This document shows, one piece after another, positions 31,594 through 38,963 of a DNA stretch of 64,000 bases. The first letter of the stretch is position 1; each line of letters opens with the position of its first letter. Made by a program: the position numbers and the translations under genes. The DNA lies in NCBI GenBank assembly GCA_965224065.1, contig CBDCYF010000005.1:2751616-2815615 (forward strand). The letters run 5' to 3'. The stretch comes from Candidatus Multivoradales bacterium. GTDB lineage: Bacteria > Acidobacteriota > Thermoanaerobaculia > Multivoradales > JAHEKO01. Below the pieces are notes generated by a model. It did not search any database. It was not told the DNA's origin and saw only the letters and a program-made list of their open reading frames with translations.

Positions 31594-31616
31594 TTCCTGG
31601 CCTAAGGTTCTCGTCG

Positions 31617-33428
31617 ATGCCCGAGCTGCTCAAAGTCACCATCCCGGAGCTGGGCACCGACGAAAAAGTCGAAGTGGTCGAGGTCCTGGTCGCCGAGGGA
31701 GACCGGATCCAAAAAGACGACGGCCTGATCACGCTCGAGAGCGACAAGGCCTCGATGGACGTGCCGTCGCCGGCCGCCGGAGCGGTGCGCGAGCTCCGGG
31801 TCAAGGTCGGTGACCACGTCGGCGAAGGCGACCTGATCCTGGAGCTCGAGGTCGAGGCCGATGCCACGACCCGTTCTGTAGAAGCCGCTGGTGCTGCGGC
31901 CTCCCCCGGTTCCGGAGGGCCCACCGACCCTGTAGGGGCGGGGCTTGCCCCCGCCCGTGGGGCCACGGGGCTTGCCCCCGCCCGCGAGACGACGCCACCC
32001 CTGCCGTCGAACGCCGACCTCCACGCCGACGTCCTGGTGCTGGGCGCCGGTCCCGGGGGCTACACGGCCGCCTTCCGGGCCGCCGATCTGGGCAAGAAGG
32101 TCGTCCTGGTCGAGCGCTACCCGGTCCTCGGTGGCGTTTGTCTCAACGTCGGTTGTATCCCGTCCAAAGCACTGCTCCACGTCGCCCGGGTGATCTCCGA
32201 GGCGCGCGCGGCCGAGGAGCACGGTGTCTACTTCGGTGCTCCAAAGATCAGCCTTGAACAATTGCGTGCCTGGAAAACAAGTGTGGTGGAGCGTCTGACC
32301 AAGGGGCTCGCCGCGATGGCCGGCAAGCGCAAGGTCGAGATCCTCCAGGGGACCGGGCGCCTCTCCGGCCCAAAGACTCTCCAAGTCGAGACTTCAGACG
32401 GCGAGAAACTCGTGTCCTTCGACCAGGCGATCCTCGCCGCGGGATCGCGGTCGATCGAGATCCCGGGCTTTCCCTACGACGATCCTCGGGTCATGGATTC
32501 GACCGGGGCGCTCGAGCTGGCCGATGTTCCCGAGCGCTTGCTCTTGGTGGGTGGCGGCATCATTGGTCTCGAGATGGCCATGGTCTACGGCGAGCTGGGC
32601 TCAAAGCTCACGGTTGTCGAGCTGCTTGACGGTCTCGTCCCGGGATGCGATCGGGACTTGGTGCGTCCGCTCGAACGGAGGCTAAAAAAGGCCCTTGGCG
32701 CCGAGATTCACTTGAACACCAAGGTGACGGCGGTCGAGGCCGGCGAGGACGGCCTACGCGCCCGGCTCGAGGGGCCCAAGGCGCCCGAGTCGGCGGACTT
32801 CGACCGCGTGCTGGTGGCCGTGGGGCGTCGGCCCAACGGCGACCGCCTGGGCGTCGAGGCCGCCGGTGTTGCGCTCGACGAGCGCGGCTTTGTTCCCGTC
32901 GACCGCCAGATGCGCACCAACGTCCCCCATATCTTTGCGATTGGGGACCTGGTCGGCCAGCCGATGCTGGCGCACAAGGCGACCCACGAGGGGAAGGTCG
33001 CGGCGGAAGCCGTGGCTGGGGAGAAGAGTTTTTTCGACGCGCGAGTGATTCCTTCGGTGGCCTACACCGATCCCGAGATCGCCTGGGTGGGTTTGACCGA
33101 GACCGCGGCGGAACAGCAGGGTGTCGCCTACGAAAAGAGTGTCTTCCCCTGGTCGGCGAGCGGTCGCGCGCTTGGCATGGGGCGCACCGACGGCTCGACC
33201 AAGATCCTCTACGAACCGGAAACCGGCCGCATCCTGGGTGGCGGCATCGTCGGACCCGGTGCCGGCGACCTGATCGCAGAGCTGGCGCTCGCCATCGAGA
33301 TGGACGCCGAGGCGGGAGACCTGGCGCTCACGATCCATCCCCACCCGACGCTCTCCGAGACGCTGTCCCTCGCCGCCGAGGTCTTTGAAGGCACGGTCAC
33401 CGATCTCTACCTGCCGAAGAAAAAGTAG
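31617..33428 (+). CDS. lpdA: Dihydrolipoyl dehydrogenase E3 with an N-terminal lipoyl domain.
   Basis: N-terminal lipoyl domain (ESDKASMDVPS), then a linker that contains two type A hairpin repeats, then an FAD/NAD domain with redox-active CLNVGCIPSK and a C-terminal dimerisation HPHPTLSE. Confidence 0.85.
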   Translation: MPELLKVTIPELGTDEKVEVVEVLVAEGDRIQKDDGLITLESDKASMDVPSPAAGAVRELRVKVGDHVGEGDLILELEVEADATTRSVEAAGAAASPGSGGPTDPVGAGLAPARGATGLAPARETTPPLPSNADLHADVLVLGAGPGGYTAAFRAADLGKKVVLVERYPVLGGVCLNVGCIPSKALLHVARVISEARAAEEHGVYFGAPKISLEQLRAWKTSVVERLTKGLAAMAGKRKVEILQGTGRLSGPKTLQVETSDGEKLVSFDQAILAAGSRSIEIPGFPYDDPRVMDSTGALELADVPERLLLVGGGIIGLEMAMVYGELGSKLTVVELLDGLVPGCDRDLVRPLERRLKKALGAEIHLNTKVTAVEAGEDGLRARLEGPKAPESADFDRVLVAVGRRPNGDRLGVEAAGVALDERGFVPVDRQMRTNVPHIFAIGDLVGQPMLAHKATHEGKVAAEAVAGEKSFFDARVIPSVAYTDPEIAWVGLTETAAEQQGVAYEKSVFPWSASGRALGMGRTDGSTKILYEPETGRILGGGIVGPGAGDLIAELALAIEMDAEAGDLALTIHPHPTLSETLSLAAEVFEGTVTDLYLPKKK

Positions 33429-33453
33429 CCGAGCCGGCTGCCGGCAGCGTGAG

Positions 33454-33492
33454 TTGACGCGGTATCGTTGCCGTGTTAAACATTACATTAAC
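33454..33492 (+). promoter_or_regulatory. Candidate promoter (TTGACG-17-TAAACA) overlapping an AT-rich inverted repeat GTTAA-N8-TTAAC, upstream of the cytochrome operon.
   Basis: TTGACG at 33454-33459. The inverted repeat is at 33475-33492 and is the only AT-rich patch in this region. An AGGAGG RBS at 33545-33550 precedes GTG 33558. Confidence 0.3.
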
Positions 33493-33557
33493 TGCAGGAT
33501 CATGCCGGGGGCTGATCGAACCCGATCAAAGGGAGTGGCCGGTTAGGAGGGGTGGAC

Positions 33558-35345
33558 GTGAGAGATCCAAAAAGGGTATTTCTCTTGGCTCTGGCACTCG
33601 TCGCGGTGGGTGCGGTCCCCGCGACGCCCCAGGATCCAACAGCCGAGCCGGAGACTCCGCTCAGCGCCGACGAAGAGCACGAGAAGCTCTTTCTCGAGAA
33701 CCGTTTTCCATCCGCGGCCACCTGCGCCACGTGCCATCCGAGCCACTATCGGGAGTGGTCGGTGTCGCCCCACGCCTACGCCCAGATGAGCCCGGTGTTC
33801 AACGCCATGCACGGCACCGTCCTGAAGGTCACCAACGGTACCAACGGGGACTTTTGCATCCGGTGCCACACGCCGGTGGGGATGAACCTGGAAGAGCCCG
33901 AGTTCATGAGCAACATGGACCGGCATCCGACATCCCGCGAAGGCGTCACTTGCATCGTCTGCCACCGGCTCAACAAGGCCTACGGCAAGCTGAGCGGTCG
34001 GCTGGCGATCGTCGAGGGGGATCTGTTCGAGCCAGTTTTTGGCCCCTCGGGAAACGACGAGGTCGAACGGGTGATCCAGTCAAGCGACTACCGGGTGAAC
34101 CCCGAGCGCGGCAAGGCGGGGCGTGCCATCCACGGCCGGGCGGAGAAGTTCTTCCAGCTCACCACCTCGGGCTTTTGTGCCACCTGCCACGACGTCAACC
34201 TGGTCAACGGATTCCGGCTCGAGGAAGCCTTTAGCGAGTTCAAGACCTCGCCGGCGGCGCGGAACGGGGTCTCCTGTCAGGACTGCCACATGAGCACCGA
34301 GCCGGGGGTGGACTCCGGGTATGCCGAGGGTCCGGCGGCGGTAGTCGGACGCAGGCAGACCCAGAGCCGCAAGCTCACCGACCACATGTTTGTCGGTCCC
34401 GACTACTCGATCGTCCATCCGGGAATCTTTCCGCACAACACAAAGGCCTCGGAGATGGCCACGATCCGGCAATGGCTGACCTTTGACTACAGAGCCGGAT
34501 GGGGGACCGACGAGTTCGAGATCGATGTCCCCGAGAGCTACTCCTTCCCCGAGCACTGGCGCTCGGCCGACGATCGCTACGACGCGCGCGACGTCCTGGA
34601 GGAGAATCTCGAGCTGTTGCGAGAAGCCGAAGCCGCGCGTCTTCAGATTCTGCGCGCCGGGTACAAGCTGGGTGAGATATTGGTCGACAGGGCGGACAAA
34701 AAAAAGGGTCTCGAGTTCCGGGTGGAGGTCAAGAACGGCACCGACGGCCACGGGGTACCGACCGGTTTCGACGCCGAGCGTCTGGTCTTTCTGCAGGTGA
34801 CCGTGGCCGATCGCTCCAGCGAGGTGATTTTCCGTTCCGGCGACCTCGATCCGAACGGCGACGTGCGCGACAACCATTCGCTCTATGTCCACAACGGCGA
34901 GCTGCCGCTGGACAAACAACTCTTCAGCTTGCAGTCGCGGTTTGTCACCCGGATGATCCGGGGCGGCGAGCGCGAACAGGTCCTGGCGGTCAACTACTCA
35001 CCCGACCCGCTGCCGTTTCTTCGGCCTTCGACATCGTCGACCATCTTGACCGGACGACCGCGGGGAGCGCGCAAACACAAACAGAACATCGAGCCGCTCG
35101 GCAGGCGCTGGGCGCGCTACCGGGTGAAGCCCGAGGCGCTGACCGGCAACGGGCCGTACGTCGCGCGGATCCAGCTGATCGCCGGGATGGTGCCGGTCAA
35201 CCTGATCCACGAGATCAAGGGCGTTGGTTTCGACTACGGCATGTCCGCCCGCGAGGTGGCGGAGAAGGTGGTGGAAGGCCACCAAGTCGTGTGGGATCGG
35301 AAGCTCGAGATCGCCACAGAACCGCCACAAGTCGCTGAGCGATGA
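33558..35345 (+). CDS. Pentaheme c-type cytochrome, secreted.
   Basis: Five CXXCH motifs: CATCH, CIRCH, CIVCH, CATCH, CQDCH. Signal peptide RVFLLALALVAVGAVPATPQD. About 595 aa. The GTG start was chosen by RBS spacing. Confidence 0.7.
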   Translation: MRDPKRVFLLALALVAVGAVPATPQDPTAEPETPLSADEEHEKLFLENRFPSAATCATCHPSHYREWSVSPHAYAQMSPVFNAMHGTVLKVTNGTNGDFCIRCHTPVGMNLEEPEFMSNMDRHPTSREGVTCIVCHRLNKAYGKLSGRLAIVEGDLFEPVFGPSGNDEVERVIQSSDYRVNPERGKAGRAIHGRAEKFFQLTTSGFCATCHDVNLVNGFRLEEAFSEFKTSPAARNGVSCQDCHMSTEPGVDSGYAEGPAAVVGRRQTQSRKLTDHMFVGPDYSIVHPGIFPHNTKASEMATIRQWLTFDYRAGWGTDEFEIDVPESYSFPEHWRSADDRYDARDVLEENLELLREAEAARLQILRAGYKLGEILVDRADKKKGLEFRVEVKNGTDGHGVPTGFDAERLVFLQVTVADRSSEVIFRSGDLDPNGDVRDNHSLYVHNGELPLDKQLFSLQSRFVTRMIRGGEREQVLAVNYSPDPLPFLRPSTSSTILTGRPRGARKHKQNIEPLGRRWARYRVKPEALTGNGPYVARIQLIAGMVPVNLIHEIKGVGFDYGMSAREVAEKVVEGHQVVWDRKLEIATEPPQVAER

Positions 35346-36802
35346 GACAAGCGCCGCGGATCTTGCTGGTGTCGTGCCTGCTGGCGGCTGGGGTTGCCGG
35401 ACGGGCCACGGCCTGGCCGTGCCCCGCGGCCGCGGGGGACGAGAAGCCGGCCAAAGCGGACGACCCCGAATCCCGCCATCCGTCGGCCCATCATTCGAGC
35501 CGGTTGAGTGACGAGTACATCCCGCTCCAGCTCGAAGGCTTCCCCAAGCGGCCCAAGCTGCTCCTCGAGCTGGGCAACCCCTATCTCGGCACCGGCAACA
35601 TCAAACCCGGCTTCGAGCTGCCGACCGGCGCGGTCTGGCAGCCGACTCTCATTCTTTTTGGCACGCTCCGGACCGCGGTTCAGAGCTTCGAGGCCGGCGG
35701 TGCCCGGTTCAGCGAAGTCGCCGCGCGCCTCGACCTTTTTGCCAACCTCCAACTTTCGGGCACCGAGCGTCTGGTGGTGGGGTTCCGCAACCTGGATCGG
35801 GAAGGCCGCTTTACGAGCTACGTCATCGAGCCCGAACCGGCGGACGGCGACCGGTTTCGCGAAGAGCTCAACGCCGATATCCAGAGCCTCTACTTCGAAG
35901 GCGATTTTGGCGAGATCTTCCCCAAGCTCGACAAGGAGGACTTTGGCCGTAAGGACTACGGCTTTGCGATCGGGCGCCAGCCGCTGCTCTTTCAAGAGGG
36001 GATGCTGATCGATGATTCGATCGACGGCATCGGCATCACCCGCAACACGCTGCTGCCCAGGAACACGTCGAATTTTCGCGCCACGCTCTATCTGGGCTTC
36101 GAAAATGTCCACCGATCGAATTTCGAGGATGACGAAGCGGATCTGTTCGCGTTGTTGACGTCGACCGATTTTCGCGCCTCGACAGTCGACGCGGACCTGG
36201 CCGTGGTGACCGGATCCGATCGCCACGGCGACCAGGCGAACCTGGGCGTGAGCGCCGTCCAGCGCCTGGGCAAATACAACACGTCGTTTCGAGTGCTCGC
36301 GTCGAGCGCTCTGGATGAAGAGACCTTCTTCAGCACCGACGGCGTGCTGCTCTTTAGCGAGGTGTCCTGGACGCCGCACTACACGCACGATCTGGTCTAT
36401 GTCACGACGTTTGCGGCCCTCGACCGGTATTCGTCCGCCGCCCGCGGCCCGGCCACCGGCGGTCCTCTGGGTCGAGCGGGAATCAACTTCGCCGCCGTCG
36501 GTTTGGGTCGCTTTGGGGCCCCGCTGTCGAGCGTTGCCTGGGATGTGGCCGGTGGCGCGGTCGGGTACCAGAAGTTTCTCGGGCCCGAGAACCGGCGCCA
36601 GGTGCTCGCCGAGCTGGGGGTGAGATTGGGTCTTGCCGACTCCGTTGCCGACTCGGCGGCGGTGAGTGTGCGTTATCAGACCGCGGTGGGGCGGCGGCTG
36701 GTTTTTGGGGTCAGTGGCTTTGGCGCCCGGATCGAGAGCACGTCCGGAGCCTCCACCGACGACCGCTACGGGGGACGTTTCGAGGTCACGCTCAAGTTCT
36801 AG
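35342..36802 (+). CDS. Outer-membrane beta-barrel protein (porin-like; possibly alginate-export/AlgE-like family).
   Basis: Signal peptide MRQAPRILLVSCLLAAGVAG. Alternating amphipathic beta-strand pattern throughout. C-terminal ...RFEVTLKF ending in Phe, which is the OMP beta-signal. The ATGA overlap with the upstream cytochrome stop suggests coupling. Confidence 0.55.
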   Translation: MRQAPRILLVSCLLAAGVAGRATAWPCPAAAGDEKPAKADDPESRHPSAHHSSRLSDEYIPLQLEGFPKRPKLLLELGNPYLGTGNIKPGFELPTGAVWQPTLILFGTLRTAVQSFEAGGARFSEVAARLDLFANLQLSGTERLVVGFRNLDREGRFTSYVIEPEPADGDRFREELNADIQSLYFEGDFGEIFPKLDKEDFGRKDYGFAIGRQPLLFQEGMLIDDSIDGIGITRNTLLPRNTSNFRATLYLGFENVHRSNFEDDEADLFALLTSTDFRASTVDADLAVVTGSDRHGDQANLGVSAVQRLGKYNTSFRVLASSALDEETFFSTDGVLLFSEVSWTPHYTHDLVYVTTFAALDRYSSAARGPATGGPLGRAGINFAAVGLGRFGAPLSSVAWDVAGGAVGYQKFLGPENRRQVLAELGVRLGLADSVADSAAVSVRYQTAVGRRLVFGVSGFGARIESTSGASTDDRYGGRFEVTLKF

Positions 36803-36839
36803 CTCGCCGAGCGTTCGACGGCGCTTCCGACAGCTCGTG

Positions 36840-38963
36840 ATGCTGGTCGCGCCGTTGACTCTTGCTCACAGCGCGTATGCCCAGGGTACGCGCGATCTGC
36901 CCTTTCTCGAGCATTCACGGGTCGATCCGACCAAGGTTCTTACCGCCGAGGCTTGCGGCGAGTGCCACATCGCCGAATTCGAGGTTTGGGAAAAAACGCC
37001 CCACGCGACCGGCTTCAAGACGCTGCATCGCAAGCAGCAGGCGGAGACGATTGCGCGCAAGATGGGGTTTCGGTTGATCAAGCGCGACAGCCTCTGCTTT
37101 AGCTGTCACTACACACCGGTGGTCGATGACGACCGGATCCGGGTGGTCTCGGGGGTCTCGTGCGAGTCGTGCCACGGAGCGAGCGCCGATTGGATCGACG
37201 TCCACAATGACTATGGGGCCGGCCGGGACTATCGCAGCGAGCCCGCCGAGGCGCGCCGCGAGCGCGAGGAAAAAAGCCGCAGCGCCGGAATGCGCCGCCC
37301 TTCGGACCTCTACCCGGTGGTCGCCAACTGCTTCTCCTGCCACACGGTGCCGAGCGAGGAGCTGGTCAACGTGGGTGGGCACACCACCGGCAGCGGCGGG
37401 TTCGAGTTTGTCGAATGGTCCCAGGGGAAAATCCGGCACAACTATCTCGACGTCGTGCGGACCGGCAACCCCGGCCCCAACGCCACCCGGCCGATGGAGC
37501 GCCGCCGGGCGATGTATGTGGTCGGTCGCGCTCTCGATTTGGAATTCGGCCTGCGTGGCCTGGCCGTGGCCAAGGAAGACGGGGTCTACGCCAAGGCGAT
37601 GAGCCGGCGGGTGCGGAGCGCGCTCGCCGAGGTCCGCGCGATCGCTTCTGAAGCCGCGTTGCCCGACGTCGAAGAGATGGTCCGAACGGTCCAGAGCGTG
37701 CGGGTGGTGCCGCGAAACGAGGCGGAGCTGCTCGCGGCAGCGGAGAAGATCGGCGCCGCGACGCGCCGCTTCCTCGATCGTCACTCGACCCTCGACATGG
37801 CGGCGCTCGATCCCCTGATGACCGGAGGGGGCGGCGGGGAAGCCGCCGAAGACACGCTGGCAGCTGCCGGCGAGCCAGAGGGCCTTGCCGATGTAGGAGA
37901 CGCCGAGCCCGGCGCAGCAGGTCTGTCCGCCGGCACGGTGCGGACCGTTTCGGTAGCGGGCGGTCCCGGGCGGGGCCCGGCGTCCGCCGCCTCACCGGCG
38001 GCAACGGCCGGCCAGGGTGTGGTCGGGGAGTTCAAGCGTTCGATCCGCCCAAAGTCCAAGCACCGAACGCTTGGCCCCGGCAGTTGCAGTGGCTGCCACG
38101 GTCCGCAAAACGAATGGTGGTTTGGCCACGCGCACTACCGGTCGGCCGACCCGTTCTTCGACGGCGCCGCGGCAAATCTCCAGATCGCGCGTCTCTACGG
38201 TGTCAAGACATCCGAGATCACGCGGGGCAAGAACATCTGTATGGACTGCCACGGCACGGTGATCTCAGGCAAGGAGTCGCGCGATGTGCTCGACGGCGTG
38301 AGCTGCGAGAGCTGCCATGGGGCCGCCGCCGACTGGCTCGAGCCGCACAAGGACGAGACCGACAAACAGCTCGGCCGCCGCCGGCCGGGGCATCTGGCCG
38401 CCCTGCGGCGCGGCAAGCTGGATCTGGCAGACGCCGGAGCTCGTGCCGAGCGCTGCGCCGGGTGTCATTATGTGACCGACCGGCGGCTGCTGTCGGCGGG
38501 GCATCCGTCGGGCGCCGACTTCGACTTCGCGCGCGCCATGGCCGAGGTCCGTCACTGGCAGCGGCCGCTCGAGCCGGCCGTGCAGTTGGCCTCCGCTTAC
38601 ACGCGGGTCAAGAGCGCGCGCGGGCCGGTGCCCGATGTGCCCAGGGCGGTACTCGCGGCGGCCGGCAGCCGCGTCGAAGGAGGCTCGAAACGCGGCGCCG
38701 TCGCCACTCGCCGGGCCGTTTTTGCAACCGGCACTGCGCCGGGATCGTCGGGCGCTCCGATTCCGATCGCCCTGCTCGATCCGCCGGCGCCGCGACCGGC
38801 CGCCGCCGGATCCCGTTCCTCGAGTCAGGGCCCGCCGGTCGATCTGCCGCCGTTTCCGGAAATCACGGAGTCGACTCCGATCGAGGACGTCTTGCTGATG
38901 CTTCGCGAGCGCCTGGCCCGGTTGTACCGGGCCGTGGCGCCGGGAGGGAGCGGCACCCCATGA
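36840..38963 (+). CDS. Octaheme c-type cytochrome built from two related tetraheme modules joined by an Ala/Gly/Pro-rich linker.
   Basis: Eight CXXCH motifs: CGECH, CFSCH, CESCH, CFSCH in the first module and CSGCH, CMDCH, CESCH, CAGCH in the second. Both modules contain VSCESCHGA(S/A)ADW. The start is ATG 36840 (or GTG 36837) and is uncertain. Confidence 0.7.
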   Translation: MLVAPLTLAHSAYAQGTRDLPFLEHSRVDPTKVLTAEACGECHIAEFEVWEKTPHATGFKTLHRKQQAETIARKMGFRLIKRDSLCFSCHYTPVVDDDRIRVVSGVSCESCHGASADWIDVHNDYGAGRDYRSEPAEARREREEKSRSAGMRRPSDLYPVVANCFSCHTVPSEELVNVGGHTTGSGGFEFVEWSQGKIRHNYLDVVRTGNPGPNATRPMERRRAMYVVGRALDLEFGLRGLAVAKEDGVYAKAMSRRVRSALAEVRAIASEAALPDVEEMVRTVQSVRVVPRNEAELLAAAEKIGAATRRFLDRHSTLDMAALDPLMTGGGGGEAAEDTLAAAGEPEGLADVGDAEPGAAGLSAGTVRTVSVAGGPGRGPASAASPAATAGQGVVGEFKRSIRPKSKHRTLGPGSCSGCHGPQNEWWFGHAHYRSADPFFDGAAANLQIARLYGVKTSEITRGKNICMDCHGTVISGKESRDVLDGVSCESCHGAAADWLEPHKDETDKQLGRRRPGHLAALRRGKLDLADAGARAERCAGCHYVTDRRLLSAGHPSGADFDFARAMAEVRHWQRPLEPAVQLASAYTRVKSARGPVPDVPRAVLAAAGSRVEGGSKRGAVATRRAVFATGTAPGSSGAPIPIALLDPPAPRPAAAGSRSSSQGPPVDLPPFPEITESTPIEDVLLMLRERLARLYRAVAPGGSGTP

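Noticed and set aside
30307-31985. Possibility that the recurring GC-rich repeats represent a CRISPR array.
   Set aside because: The repeats are of two different types, irregularly spaced, partly inside coding sequence and in both orientations. There are no uniform-length unique spacers. No cas genes are present.
35342-36802. Calling the barrel specifically AlgE (alginate export).
   Set aside because: There are no alginate biosynthesis genes (algD/8/44/K/G/X/L) nearby, and I cannot verify family membership from memory. I kept the generic outer-membrane beta-barrel call.
38084-38959. Upstream extension of the cNMP/Fe-S protein ORF (the track start is at 38084).
   Set aside because: It would overlap the octaheme cytochrome gene by nearly 900 nt in another frame. 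The ATG at 38960, overlapping the cytochrome stop (ATGA), gives a sensible N-terminus.
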